Notes: generated from the sequence alone by a model not told the origin. A DNA stretch of 64,000 nucleotides from an uncultured delta proteobacterium (GCA_963812015.1 CAWETI010000002.1:576001-640000); one strand, 5' to 3'; positions 32,751-44,147 are shown, counted from the stretch's first letter. Translations and numbers: made by a program.

Positions 32751-33620
32751 TTATTTTTTAATATTTTTCTGCAACCCCTTTTTTAACTCAAAATATTTTG
32801 CATCACCCAAGAACGGATACCAAAGCCCATGCAAAAAACAGTATATGAGGCCTTCTTTGCCGTCAAGAAAACCAAGTTGATATATATAACGATAGAAAAA
32901 GTAGAATAGAGGTCGAATAAACAGTGGCATCATAGCCCAAACGTTGTCACGTAGCCATATCCTATAACTATGTTCTATTTTAGGTTTTTCCAGATAATCT
33001 AATTGTTTCATAAGGCCTTGCTGCGATTCGAGCCTAATGGATTCTTCCGCCTCTAACCTTGCCAATTTATTATGTTTATCAATCCAGAAAGCAAGGTCTT
33101 TTTTATCCTCATGAATCATAGGATTTTTAAGCCGCCCTAATTTTCCCAGAACTGTTACATATTCCCGAGCCCCACTACCAATGCTGCGAGCTTGCTTCCT
33201 CTTTATCAGACGCAAGATGTAGTCTGCCTGATAACCTCCATGTTTGAGCCATCTTCCCAAGAAATAAAAGTTTCTCTTGATATGGTATCCTTCAACTGAC
33301 GGGTTGTTCCCAGCAAAAATATTCACAATCTCTTGCTTTAATCCATCGGTCAAACGTTCATCCGCATCCAGGAAAAGCACCCATTCATAAGATATCGGCA
33401 AGTTATCCAAGGCCCAGTTTCGTTGATGCGCCCAATGCACCCAAGCATTCTGATAAATTTTATCGGTGTATTCTCGACCGATTCCCAGGGTCTTGTCAGA
33501 GCTGAAGGAATCTACGATAAAAATTTCTTCGGTCAGATCTCGGCAACTCTCCAAACAGGCCCTTATGTTGGCCTCTTCGTTATATGTCAGGATAATTACG
33601 GAAACCAGTGCCTTTCCCAT
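32751..33620 (-). CDS. Glycosyltransferase family 2
   Basis: VSVIILTYNEE, VDSFSSD.T, QRNWAL, LDADE. Confidence 0.92.
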   Translation of the reverse strand: MGKALVSVIILTYNEEANIRACLESCRDLTEEIFIVDSFSSDKTLGIGREYTDKIYQNAWVHWAHQRNWALDNLPISYEWVLFLDADERLTDGLKQEIVNIFAGNNPSVEGYHIKRNFYFLGRWLKHGGYQADYILRLIKRKQARSIGSGAREYVTVLGKLGRLKNPMIHEDKKDLAFWIDKHNKLARLEAEESIRLESQQGLMKQLDYLEKPKIEHSYRIWLRDNVWAMMPLFIRPLFYFFYRYIYQLGFLDGKEGLIYCFLHGLWYPFLGDAKYFELKKGLQKNIKK

Positions 33621-33623
33621 TAT

Positions 33624-34604
33624 ACGCTTATTTCCTTAGCTCCGAAAAGGTAACGGTTTGAGCATTAAGACAAGCGTTCAGCATCCGGTTAAACATTTGG
33701 GGTTCCCAGAAGCGCCGATTGAACCGGTAACAAAATTCCGCCAGATACCGGGGCAGGTGCTTATCACTGACTCCATGATACACTCCACGGATATTGCCTT
33801 TGACGTTGGCGATCAGGGTATGGACCCAGGGAAACAATCTGACAGCGTTTTTCCCCGAACCAGTCACGATGGGTAGATGAAAGCTCGACCTCAGAGTTCA
33901 AGACCCGACAGGCCTGCCAACCATCCGTGCGGGCCACCAACTCTGGTGCCAGGCAAGCCTGAGCCATCGCTTTAATCTCGTCGCCACTTACCCTGGGTAC
34001 CTGGCGCATGGCGGCAAACCGTGGTTTATCTCCTGGGTTTTCCACCGCCACCACGACTTTGTATTTACCGCGGCGCCACGGCCACGTTTGCCTGGTTGGG
34101 GGCTGCCGACATAGGTATCATCCAGTTCGATCAGCCCGGCCAGTTGGCAAGAGGCATCGCGCTGCGCCATGGCCTTGCGGATCTTATGCCCCATGACCCA
34201 CACCGCTTTATAAGTCTGGATCTCCAAGATCCGTTGCAAAGACAACATGGACGCGCCGCTTTTCTGTTGCCCCACCAGGAAGATCATCCAGAACCATTTT
34301 CTCAAGGGTGTTTTGGTCTTATGAAAAATCGTGCCGGCCGTCAGCGAGGTCTGGTAACCACAAGCTTTGCAGGCATATAAATGACGCGTCCGATGAAAGT
34401 AAGCTTGGTCGTGCTGACAGCGGGGGTACCGATAACCCTGAGGCCAACGCAACTCAAAAAGATGTTTCTGACAAGCTTTTGGGTCCTAAACCTTTTTTGA
34501 AATGCCAGGAGACTCAGGCTTTCTTGTTGCACAATATTTGCTCCATTTAGCTAATTATTTTAGTAAATTACAGCTAATTTTAGGAGCATAAGCAATAAGC
34601 GTTT
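33624..34604 (-). mobile_element. IS1595-family element with frameshifted transposase
   Basis: Transposase in several frames (RWPQG..., SLTAGTIFHKT, IELDDTY, TDGW, YLAEFCYRFNRR). Imperfect TIRs cgcttatttccttagctcc / ggagcataagcaataagcg. CCATTAT is duplicated at 33617-33623 and 34605-34611. Confidence 0.85.
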
Positions 34605-34634
34605 CCATTATTTCCTTTTCCAAACTTTCTTTAT

Positions 34635-35825
34635 TCACTCATCCGACCAGGATAAGCCGGGACTGCGTCTGCCGACGAGAATGTCTTCATAGGCGGTGGC
34701 CATCTGCCGGGCCACCAGATCGATATCATACCGCCGCCGGGCCGACTCCACCGCGGCCTCTCCCATGACCCTAAGCCCCTCTGGATCGGAAAGTAATTTA
34801 ACAAGCGCCCCCGCTACGGCTTCCACCTCTATGGGCACCACTACTCCTGCACCGTCGGCCAGAATTTCCCGACAAATACCAACATGATCTGAGACCAGCA
34901 CCGGCACACCCGATAGCATAGCCTCCACCGCCGCATTTCCAAAGTTTTCATCTTCACTTGTGAGTACTAATAGATTACTCGCTGCTAAAAGATTGTTTCG
35001 CTCCTTTGCATCTATCATTCCCAAAAATCGGATTTTCCGATCTACCCCCAAGGAAATCGCCAACTGCCTTAAATACCTTTCTTCTCCACCATCTGGGCCG
35101 GCTAACATTAGGACAAAAATTTTATCTTTTAACGCTTCTGTTGATATAGCCTTTATGAGTAAATCAAGCTTTTTTACCTTATGCAATCTACCTAAAAATG
35201 TTATTAATATTTTATCATTTTCAAGATTGTTTTTGAAGTCGTTTTTCGAGGAAGAAAATTCACTAATATCAAAACCATTGGGCACTATAAAACTCGGATT
35301 TTTAAATTTATGTAGCGCGTCCAATTCTTTTTCCATCTGAGTGGTGTAATGAATGGCAGCAGCATGTCTAATTATCCTCCTTTCTATTGTTTGAAAATAA
35401 ATCCATTTTTTTATAGCCTTTTGCCGCAAAGCTGACTTTCTTAAAGTGCCTTTGACTGAAAGCACATAAGGAATGCCCTTTTTTCTGGCGTTATTTGCTG
35501 CCGGAATCCCTGGATAACACCAAAATGAAGTCAGATGCACTATCTCGAAATCTTTCATTAAACGGTGACAAGCCTCACGCAGGTCTCGCGAATAGCAATA
35601 CTTGAAGCTGAAATCAGTTTTGAAATAGTAAACTTTGATTCCTCCCACATCTACCGGCTGATTATTCGGAACCGGCAATCTTCGGTTCCCGCCGCTATCA
35701 GTACTGAAAACTGTCACCTCATGTCCTTGCTGAACTAAGCCTCGGCAGAGATGGCTGATACTGTGGACCACTCCTCCCAAATGCCAGGCCGGTTCAAAAA
35801 AAGGAGTTATGTGGAGGATCTTCAT
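34635..35825 (-). CDS. Glycosyltransferase family 4
   Basis: ILHITP...GGV, VPNG, FLGRLHKVK, ENFGN...EAM..GVPV. Confidence 0.92.
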   Translation of the reverse strand: MKILHITPFFEPAWHLGGVVHSISHLCRGLVQQGHEVTVFSTDSGGNRRLPVPNNQPVDVGGIKVYYFKTDFSFKYCYSRDLREACHRLMKDFEIVHLTSFWCYPGIPAANNARKKGIPYVLSVKGTLRKSALRQKAIKKWIYFQTIERRIIRHAAAIHYTTQMEKELDALHKFKNPSFIVPNGFDISEFSSSKNDFKNNLENDKILITFLGRLHKVKKLDLLIKAISTEALKDKIFVLMLAGPDGGEERYLRQLAISLGVDRKIRFLGMIDAKERNNLLAASNLLVLTSEDENFGNAAVEAMLSGVPVLVSDHVGICREILADGAGVVVPIEVEAVAGALVKLLSDPEGLRVMGEAAVESARRRYDIDLVARQMATAYEDILVGRRSPGLSWSDE

Positions 35826-36890
35826 CTAGGCAGAGGTCCTCTGAAAATACGGGAGACAGGCGTTAATTACTTGTTCCGGGGTTATGGTATTAATGCATTC
35901 CTTCGAGTCACACTCCATTTTAAAACAGAATCGGCATGGCAGGGTGTCATTTCTCAAGACGGTGTGGCATTCTCCCCAGGGGTGCCAGGCACCATAAAAA
36001 TCCCGGGAAGAATATATTCCCACGACCGGGGTCTTAACCGCTGCGGCCAAATGAACTGGGCCGCAATCGTTTGCAACCAACAGATCACAGCGCCGGAGCA
36101 ACTCAGCCGATTCCATGTAACTGGTCAACCCTATTAAATTTATTAGCGCATTCTCCCTGCTGGTTAATAAATCTATCCAGGCTTCTCGCTCATTCGGACC
36201 CCCAATAAATAAAATGTGCGCCTGGAAATTTTCTATCAGAAGAGATGCTACGCTAAGGAAGTTACTCTTGTCCCAAAGTTTGACCGGAAATTTTCCCCCC
36301 GGGCAAATGGCCACCAAGGGCGATTTGCCCCACAAATTATACCGGTCCCAAATGGCATCCACTGCCTTTCGGTGCTGATCTCGGATGGGCAGGCAGAAAT
36401 CTACTTCGTGGACCTTGACCTCTGGGGTTAACAACGACAACAAGCGATCGACTTCTTGGGGATAAACTGGGAACTTCAGGCCGTCTTTTACCTGCATCCT
36501 GACGGGCTGGGTTAGCCTGAACCCGAGCAATTTTCCTCCCACTACCAAGCGAAAAAACAGCCAGTCTCGGAGGAGCCTTCTCCGGGTATTTTTAGAGTGC
36601 CCGAAATAAATTAAGAGATCGATGTTTAGGCGACGCAAATCACGGGCCAGATGTAAGATATATCTCCCTTGCCTAATCTTGCCCGAGGAATAACTCATAA
36701 TCGCGTCAAGAAACTCGTTATCCGCCAGAATTGCTTGGGCATCATCGCAGCCATCCTCTCCATTATTGGTCAAAAGGCCAATCCAGGCATGGGGAAAATT
36801 CCGCCTCACCGCCATCATGGCCGGAAGGGAACAGATGATATCCCCCAGATTACCTATGCGATAAATTAAGATTCGGTAATTTTTCTTCAT
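35826..36890 (-). CDS. Glycosyltransferase family 9 (heptosyltransferase-like)
   Basis: IGNLGD...SLPA, CPGG..K.W, ANDCGPVHLAAAVKTPVV, C..C....C...C tail. Confidence 0.88.
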   Translation of the reverse strand: MKKNYRILIYRIGNLGDIICSLPAMMAVRRNFPHAWIGLLTNNGEDGCDDAQAILADNEFLDAIMSYSSGKIRQGRYILHLARDLRRLNIDLLIYFGHSKNTRRRLLRDWLFFRLVVGGKLLGFRLTQPVRMQVKDGLKFPVYPQEVDRLLSLLTPEVKVHEVDFCLPIRDQHRKAVDAIWDRYNLWGKSPLVAICPGGKFPVKLWDKSNFLSVASLLIENFQAHILFIGGPNEREAWIDLLTSRENALINLIGLTSYMESAELLRRCDLLVANDCGPVHLAAAVKTPVVGIYSSRDFYGAWHPWGECHTVLRNDTLPCRFCFKMECDSKECINTITPEQVINACLPYFQRTSA

Positions 36891-37915
36891 AGATGCCGTA
36901 TAAAATGAATAACTTCTTTAAGCCTATCATGATTGCTGTAACCACTTCTTATGCACCGTTCCCGGCCAGCAAAACCAATACGAACACACTCCTCGCTGTG
37001 AGCCAGGTAATATTTTATTTTATCCGTTAGTTCTTCCTCTGAACCAAAAAACTCGGCCTCCTTGCCTTCTTCAAAAAGTTCCAGGTGTTCTTCGGTTCTT
37101 TCGGCCAGCATAAAGGCCGCACAAGCCGGGATTTCCAAACTGCGGGTCGTGTGTAAGTCGCGGTTGGCCTTTCTTAAGAACGCTAGATTAATTTTAGTTG
37201 CACAAATCGCTTTGGCATAATCTTCTTCAAAGATCCATCCAGGTTTGATAGTAAGATTATCAATTTTTCTTATATATGAATTCCAGCCTGGACCGCGTAC
37301 AGTAATCTTAAAGCCAGCCTGAGATGCAACCCGCATCATTAAGTAACGATCTTGTTCAAACGCGCCAATAAATCCAATATTACTTCCCAATTGGTATTTA
37401 TCTTTAGCCGTTAGATTTATAGGGCGATGAGTAAGTGGGTTAAATCCACTTTTATTAAATAAAACATTTTGTGCTCCCAGTTCCTTAAGCTCGTTCACGT
37501 TATAGCTTTTAGTTGTAACATGGAGATCATATAAAGATAGACAAGCTAAATAATGGGGTGATTGATTTTGCGTATTTAACATATCGTCTGGACTATATGA
37601 TATCATCCGACATTCGGGATATAATTTTTTAACTGCCGTTAAAGTTAGCGGCAAAATAGTTAACCCTTTATCTATCCAAAGTATATCAAAAGAACTCCGG
37701 GATATCAGGTCAATAATCTGACGGTTCACCCCAGCCAAATCCGGAGAATAACCCAAGCGACGGATTATTCGCGAAAATAGCCGGCGTACCTGGCGCGGTT
37801 CCGGCGGCGTGGTGTCCACTGCTACAACCGTATAACCCATTTCTTGCAGGGCTGTCATCCGGTGTTTGGCTGTGCTCCCCTGCCATAGCGGGCCCACGTA
37901 TAAGATGCGCATCAC
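36887..37915 (-). CDS. CgeB-like glycosyltransferase (Glyco_trans_1_2)
   Basis: WIDKG, FIGAFEQDR, KINLAFLRKANRD..TTRSLEIPAC..F.LAERT. Confidence 0.82.
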   Translation of the reverse strand: MMRILYVGPLWQGSTAKHRMTALQEMGYTVVAVDTTPPEPRQVRRLFSRIIRRLGYSPDLAGVNRQIIDLISRSSFDILWIDKGLTILPLTLTAVKKLYPECRMISYSPDDMLNTQNQSPHYLACLSLYDLHVTTKSYNVNELKELGAQNVLFNKSGFNPLTHRPINLTAKDKYQLGSNIGFIGAFEQDRYLMMRVASQAGFKITVRGPGWNSYIRKIDNLTIKPGWIFEEDYAKAICATKINLAFLRKANRDLHTTRSLEIPACAAFMLAERTEEHLELFEEGKEAEFFGSEEELTDKIKYYLAHSEECVRIGFAGRERCIRSGYSNHDRLKEVIHFIRHL

Positions 37916-38664
37916 TGTTTGATGGCCGTCCCTAAGAAAACTCGAGTGTAGATCCCCGTGCTGCGGCCGCCGGCTTCGGCTAAAATTACTAAGTCCGTGC
38001 CCAAGCTTATGATTTTCCAGAGCACTACCCTTACTAAACTCTTCAGTCCATGGATATGAGGACCGCAGGGCCGGGCCTCATATCCTGCCAGTCCGACCTG
38101 ATCCAGCAAAGTCGCCAAGCTTACTGGGGTAAAGAACCATTCGTGGGAAAAATCTCCGTAGGCCAAGGCCCCCGCCCATGGACTACCGGCATTGGGAGTC
38201 TGGAAAATGACCCGTCCACCTGCTTTTAAGGCCTGGACCACCAGGGTCAGAAAAGGCAGTATTTCTTCCTTTTGAAAATGTTCGATCAGATCAAAACCGG
38301 TGATCAGGCCGAAATGTCCGGGGTTTTCTATGAGCGTATCCCGGACATCCCCCTGAATAACCTTGGCCTGAGGGCACCATTGCTGGGCCAAGTGGATTTT
38401 CTTGGGGCTTAAATCCACTCCGACAATGTCGGAGTATCCCTGCTGTTCCAATAGGTAGAGAAAGTTTCCCGGCCCGCACCCCATATCCAGAATAGGTGTG
38501 CCCCGATCTTCCGGCAGCCAGCCGCGCAGTCGCCCCCTAGTGGCCGCGGCCCAACGCTGATATTCCCTTTCGCCCCACTCCACGCCGGCCCCACTGTTTT
38601 TGTAGGACACCCGGTTTTCATATAATTGCTGTTGGTATCCTGCTTTTTGGTACCAGTCAGTCAT
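37912..38664 (-). CDS. Class I SAM-dependent methyltransferase
   Basis: ILDMGCGPG, GVDLS, DLIEH, LKAGG....TPN. Start moved to MTDWY, which overlaps the upstream gene stop. Confidence 0.88.
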   Translation of the reverse strand: MTDWYQKAGYQQQLYENRVSYKNSGAGVEWGEREYQRWAAATRGRLRGWLPEDRGTPILDMGCGPGNFLYLLEQQGYSDIVGVDLSPKKIHLAQQWCPQAKVIQGDVRDTLIENPGHFGLITGFDLIEHFQKEEILPFLTLVVQALKAGGRVIFQTPNAGSPWAGALAYGDFSHEWFFTPVSLATLLDQVGLAGYEARPCGPHIHGLKSLVRVVLWKIISLGTDLVILAEAGGRSTGIYTRVFLGTAIKQ

Positions 38665-39862
38665 GTAAGACTCCCAAGAGTTTGAACAGGTCGGCAAAAC
38701 GGTGCTCCCAGGTGTGATCCCGAAGGCAGCGTTCCCGAACCCTTTGACGAATGAGGGCTCCCTCCTCCGGTTGTTCCAAAAAGTATCTAATTTTTGATAA
38801 ACAATCAACTTTGCTGCGGTATGTTATTATCTCCTTACCCACTTCGTAAACTCTATAGAGATCGGGTTGATCACTAGTGAGATAGAGATGCCCGCACATG
38901 GGCACCTCAAAATCCCTCCCCTTCAAGCACATCTCCTTCATGGAGTAGCCAATCCCGGAAAACCCCAGATTGATCCGGGAACGAGCGTAAATCTCCACCA
39001 TCTCCTGTTCGGTCACCGATCCCCGGGGCCAGCCAGGACCGAAGGCCTCGATCTTTACCCCGTTCTTTCTTAGATACTTTATATAATCGGGTCGCTGGCC
39101 ATAGCAGGCTCCCACAAAGGTTACGTCGAATTCGAAGGGCCGCAGCAAGGGGCGGAAATGGTCTGGATTGGCACCCTCAGGCCAAAAGATTGCCAACCCC
39201 CCTTCCGCAAAATATTTGATTAGCGACGCCGGAGCGTTGGTCAGGTTCAGGTCATAGGCAGCAGCCAATGATGCTGGACCACTCCAGCGGCCCCCCGCCT
39301 GCCTGCCGCGAAAGCTCAGGCGGTCATCCCAATGGAAGGCGCAGGTGATGATGCCCATATGGGTGATGGCCCGGATGGTTTCCGGGGCCACATGCCAGCC
39401 GCTAAGATAAGAGATGAACACATCCACCGGTTGCTTCTTATGCTCAGCCTTAACAAAAGACAGCAAGTCTTTATCAAAATTATCTCTTTGCGCCAGCCAG
39501 CCATCCTTTCCCGTCAAAAAGCCATGTTCTTTTAAGGAATAAACCACATTTGGTCCAAATTTTCCCAAAGCAGGCGGAATCTGATGCGGCTCCCAATTGG
39601 ACATTTCTGAAGCATAAATAGTGCGTAATTGGCCCAGCACGCGATGAAAAGGCTTGATACCGCGTTGCTGTAGACGATATTGCAGCTCTAATTTCACTTG
39701 CTCTTTATCTAAGATTATTATTTTTCGTTGATGTGCCAACCTCTCATAAAATACTTGTTCTTTTTTTATTCGTTTTTCCTGATTTTTTGCCTTTATTATG
39801 CTCCAAAAGTAATTAAATAGCGCCAAACCTTTTAATTGTTGAATTACTGATCGGTTCAGCAT
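38657..39862 (-). CDS. CgeB-like glycosyltransferase
   Basis: WDD, EGANP, DVTFVG..YG.R, SRINLG, KGRDFEVPMCG, HTWEHR. Confidence 0.82.
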   Translation of the reverse strand: MLNRSVIQQLKGLALFNYFWSIIKAKNQEKRIKKEQVFYERLAHQRKIIILDKEQVKLELQYRLQQRGIKPFHRVLGQLRTIYASEMSNWEPHQIPPALGKFGPNVVYSLKEHGFLTGKDGWLAQRDNFDKDLLSFVKAEHKKQPVDVFISYLSGWHVAPETIRAITHMGIITCAFHWDDRLSFRGRQAGGRWSGPASLAAAYDLNLTNAPASLIKYFAEGGLAIFWPEGANPDHFRPLLRPFEFDVTFVGACYGQRPDYIKYLRKNGVKIEAFGPGWPRGSVTEQEMVEIYARSRINLGFSGIGYSMKEMCLKGRDFEVPMCGHLYLTSDQPDLYRVYEVGKEIITYRSKVDCLSKIRYFLEQPEEGALIRQRVRERCLRDHTWEHRFADLFKLLGVLHD

Positions 39863-40135
39863 TTTATAAAAACTCTAATATTTCTTAAAAGTAAAGTAAA
39901 TCTCTGGCGTTAGGGATAATTCTATGGTTCTTCCTGCTTTGTTTCTGGATGGATAGTTCGTAAAAGGGTTGGATTCGCAATTTACCGAAAATCGCGTGAA
40001 TATCTGGTTTGAGCATACCCCCGGGTCAAAAGGCCTTGCCCTTCAATACGAATAGGAACTGACCTGTCGTAGACCGACCCTAACCTTGGAAAGAGAGGCT
40101 CATGATTTCTCTAGATCGTTGGATTTTATAACAGT

Positions 40136-40534
40136 TCAGGTCTGAAAAAGGGCAATAGTGGTTCCCCGCCGGCGCCGCACCCCAGGATGGGTCAAAGCAA
40201 ACTCCCGAATTGCCCGGATCACCCCGAACCACCAGGCGGTGTGTCGGGAATCATGCCAACCGGTCCAGCCGCCGGGCCGCCATAATTTCAGGTCTTCCTG
40301 GGTGTCCTTCAACACGTAGGCATAGTCATGGCAGGCATCCACCCAGACAAAGTTACACTGCTGATACCAGGGCGAGAAATCGAGGGTCTGGGAATCACCA
40401 TAAAGCTGAGTAATTTTATACGCTTCGGGAGTATTCCGATAAGCGTCGCCAATGTTATGCGCCTCCTGTTCGCCAAGTTGACGGATTCTCTCATGAACTT
40501 TCGGTGAAAGCGAACGGGCATCAACCTGTTCCAT
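40136..40534 (-). pseudogene. Chimeric ORF: ~20 aa of an IS630 transposase N-terminus fused in frame to a methyltransferase C-terminal fragment
   Basis: MEQVDARSLSPKVHERIRQL matches MQKVDARSIPSSAQEHLRQL of the 53316 transposase. The rest has GDS...FVWVDACHDY..V..D......RPGG...WHD (Methyltransf_24-like) but no SAM motif I. Confidence 0.72.
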
Positions 40535-40592
40535 GAAAATTAGTTTACAATAATTTCCGCTAAATGAGAACTATTTAATGAACTGGGTAATA
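40475..40592 (-). mobile_element. IS630 left-end remnant
   Basis: ctatttaatgaactgggtaata (40571-40592) resembles the IS630 end ctatttattgcgttgagtaata (53352-53373), at the same distance from the ATG. Confidence 0.7.
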
Positions 40593-40783
40593 AATGCTTT
40601 GAGTAATAACCCTGGATTATGCAACAGAATATAATGGAAATACATATAACTAACTGATATAAAGAGATATATTTAGTAAGAAGGGGGTCTAAGATTTGAC
40701 TAGCCCCCAAATTTGGACTGGAGCTGCCCCCTTTTTTGGACCATTTTGAGTGAGAAAATTTCGCTTTTTGGACTAGCCCCCAA

Positions 40784-42050
40784 TGACCTGCCCCCGATAG
40801 TTGTACCAAGTTTTAAGTTAGAATTGGGGTCAAGTCAAGCCAGAGATCCTGGCGGAGCATAGCGTAGCCAGGATCTCTGGAAATCACCTGGATGGCCTCG
40901 GGTGCGGGTGGCCGATAACCCAAGGCGCTGTGAGGCCTTGCCGTATTGTATTCCCGCCGCCAGCGTTCTATAAGGATCTGGGCCTCCTTCAGGGTGGTGA
41001 AAATCTCCCCGTTGAGCAACTCATCCCGCAGTTTTCCATTGAAGCTCTCGTTGTAGCCATTCTCCCAGGGACTGCCAGGTTCAATGTAGAGCGTTTTGAC
41101 TCCTACTCGGCTTAACCACTCCCGAACCGCCCTGGCCGTAAACTCCGGCCCGTTGTCTGATCGGATATAGTCTGGTGGGCGCCGTGACACAAACAGCTCT
41201 GTCAACCGATACAACACCGCATCTGCATCAAAACGCCGGGACACCTCGATGGCCAGGCATTCCCTGGTGTACTCATCAATGATGGTGAGCATTCGGAAAG
41301 CTTTGCCATCGTGAGTCCGCGCCATCACGAAGTCATAGGACCATACATGGTTCGGCCAGCAGGGCCGGAGACGAACACAAGATCCGTCGCTTAACCACAA
41401 CCTGCCCCGCTTTGGCTGCTTCTGGGGCACCTTCAGCCCTTCCTGTCGCCAGATCCGTTCCATTCTTTTATGGTTCACCACCCAGCCGTCACTTCGCAGC
41501 AACGCCAGGATACGGCGATAGCCGTATCGCCCATACCTGCTGGCATGGCCAATGATGGCCGCAGTCAGCCCCACCTCGTCATCAGGCTCGGTGGCTTGGT
41601 AACGCTGGGTCGCACGCGGTTGCCCAATCACCCCGCAGACACGGCGTTCCGACACCGGCAGAGCCTTCCGGATATGCTCAATGCATTGCCGCCGACGGGT
41701 CGGGCTTAGAAGTTTCCCCTTACCGCCTCCTGGAGGATCAGTTTATCCAGTGTGAGATCCGATACCGCCCGCCTCAGCCGGGTATTCTCTTGCTCCAGGG
41801 CCTTGAGGCGCTTGGCCTGCTCTATCTTTAAACCACCATACTCCCGGCGCCAGCGATAGAAGGTCTGTTCGGCAATACCCAGGGTTCGGCAAACCTGGCC
41901 CACCGTCTCCCCCTGGGCCAAGGCCACCTCTGCTTCCCGCAACTTCCCAATGATCTGCTCCGGCGTATAACGCTTCCTGCTCATCTCCCTGCCTCCCTTC
42001 GATCCACTACTCTAACTTAACATGTGGATCAGTTTTTGGGGGGCAGGTCA
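40784..42050 (-). mobile_element. IS3-family insertion sequence, 1267 bp
   Basis: TIRs tgacctgccccc / gggggcaggtca (TG...CA ends); orfA plus orfB; no clean target duplication (ccaa vs ccac). Confidence 0.92.
40813..41984 (-). CDS. IS3 family transposase OrfA/OrfB joined by programmed -1 frameshift
   Basis: OrfA 41706..41984 (HTH). OrfB has [34 protein letters not shown]. Slippery G_GGA_AAC at 41712-41718. Confidence 0.92.
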
Positions 42051-42779
42051 CCACTCATGGCGGTAGGGCAAAGCATCCAGAAAGCCATATCCTTGCCAAC
42101 CGTCGGTTTTGACCACCACTTCTTCCACCAGACGCTCCCTTACCAGGGCCTGAATCTCCTGGGCGCTGACTCTCGGGACGATGTGCATAACGGCAAATCT
42201 GGGCTTATTTTTCGGGGTTTCCACCGCCACTACCACTTTGGCCTTGCCGGCGGCGCCGCGGCCGCGCTTCTCGGGCTTGGGAGCCCCGAAGTAAGTGTCG
42301 TTCATCTCAATTAAGCCGGCGAGTTTATAATTAGCATCCCGGTCGGCCAGGGCTTTGCGAATCTTGTGGCCCATGGTCCACACGGTTTTGTAGGTCTTGA
42401 TCTCCAACATCCGTTGCATCGACAGCATGGAGATGCCGCTTTTCTGGCGTCCCATCAGCCAGATCAGCCAAAACCATTTGGTTAAGGGGGTTCTGGTCTT
42501 GTGAAACACTGTGCCTGCGGTCAATGAAGCTTGGTAACCGCAGGATTTGCACTGATATAAGTGGCGCTTACTGTGAAAATAAGCTTCGGCTTGACCACAG
42601 CGAGGGCACTTGAAGCCTTCGGGCCAACGCAACCGAAACAATTGTTTCTGACAGGCTTTCCCAGTACCAAACTTTTTCTGAAATTGCAGCAGACTGAGAG
42701 TTTTCTGTTGCATGATTTTGCTCAAATTTGTTATTCTATTTAATTATAGCATATGGACCGGAGCAAAAGCAATAAGCAT
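42051..42779 (-). pseudogene. IS1595-family transposase 5' half with its left end, truncated by the IS3
   Basis: RWPEGFKCPRCG, SLTAGTVFHKT, IEMNDTY, TDGW; closely similar to the 33.6-34.6 kb copy; end sequence ggagcaaaagcaataagc. Confidence 0.87.
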
Positions 42780-42928
42780 ATTTATAAATTGACAGAACGT
42801 TTTCTTGCGAAGAAAAGATATGTTTCTTTTTCAAATATTCTTCGATATCCTATGCCCATAGCCACCCCATTTCAACTACGGAATGGACAACCTCGATATC
42901 TAATTCGAGAGACATAGGGAGCTATCAA

Positions 42929-43951
42929 GTGGAAATCATTGCAAAGTCCAAAACCGTTATTAAGAACTATTTTATAAAAATAATTAAGCTTTTGGCTGAC
43001 CCTATTGTTACATTTTTAACAAAACGGGTAACTTATGAGGTTATTCAATTTATACCACCATTAATTGAGTTCTATAATAGTTCAGATAAGGATAAACAGT
43101 CCTACTACGACCACACAAAAAATCCTCTCGATAACCTGCAAGTATATGAAAATTTAAAGCAAAGATTAGTTGCCCTTAATGTTCCCGTAGAAGATTTTAG
43201 CATAGATATATCTGATTTTGAAAATTGGTTAAAATCATTTCCTGAAGTTGCGAATAGTTATAGAGGCATGGGGGATGTATTTATAGAAAAATGTCTGGAG
43301 CATTATTTATCTTATCGTCTTCTAAATATAAAGAATAATGATGTTTATATCGATATAGCAGCTGCGGGAAGCGACTTTGCAGATATTTTACATAGAAGTA
43401 TGGGGGTGAAATCATACGTTCTTGATTTAACTTACCCGGAAGGTGTACATGGCAACAAAATCGGTGCTGATGCGGGAGCCACGAAGTTGCCTGATAAATT
43501 TGCTAACGTTCTTTCTCTTCATTGTGCATATGAATGTTTCATGGGAGATGCTGATATCAGATTTATAAAAGAGGCTTCAAGAATATTGGCCCCAAAAGGC
43601 CGTTATTTAATCGTTCCACTTTATATGGATGATGTATGTTTTGTGGCGACAAGTCCGTTTTGTAATCAAAAGGAAATTACAATAGAAGATGAAGCATTGA
43701 AGGTTTGGCGAGATGATAAATATATTGTACCTTTCTCCCGTCACTATTCTCCAGAAGCCTTTAAGAGAAGAATCTTTTCAGTAATTCCAAGTGACATAAA
43801 TGCAAAAGTAATATATATACAAAACATTGCAGATGTAATTAAATATTTCGGTAATCAAAGGATATACTGCTTTTTCACGTTTTATTGTGAGAAGAAAGAT
43901 ATCAATTATACACAACAGAGCCTTGTAGCTACCCCCTCACCCACTCGATAA
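42929..43951 (+). CDS. Putative SAM-dependent methyltransferase
   Basis: YIDIAAAGS, VLDL, GADA..LPD, FIKEASRILAPKGR. Very AT-rich and opposite in strand to the rest of the locus. Confidence 0.7.
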   Translation: MEIIAKSKTVIKNYFIKIIKLLADPIVTFLTKRVTYEVIQFIPPLIEFYNSSDKDKQSYYDHTKNPLDNLQVYENLKQRLVALNVPVEDFSIDISDFENWLKSFPEVANSYRGMGDVFIEKCLEHYLSYRLLNIKNNDVYIDIAAAGSDFADILHRSMGVKSYVLDLTYPEGVHGNKIGADAGATKLPDKFANVLSLHCAYECFMGDADIRFIKEASRILAPKGRYLIVPLYMDDVCFVATSPFCNQKEITIEDEALKVWRDDKYIVPFSRHYSPEAFKRRIFSVIPSDINAKVIYIQNIADVIKYFGNQRIYCFFTFYCEKKDINYTQQSLVATPSPTR

Positions 43952-44147
43952 CAGATAAACAAAATAAGCATTATTGTTTATTTGTGCTAAAATCTATAAT
44001 ATCCCCCCTCATTTCACTTGCCATTAAATTCGCCTTTAATGTTAATATATATTTTATACCTATAGTTGTGTTGCAACTATACTTGACAATAAATTAACAT
44101 CCCTTAATGATAACATTATCACGACAACTAATAAGGGGGTGTTCTTT

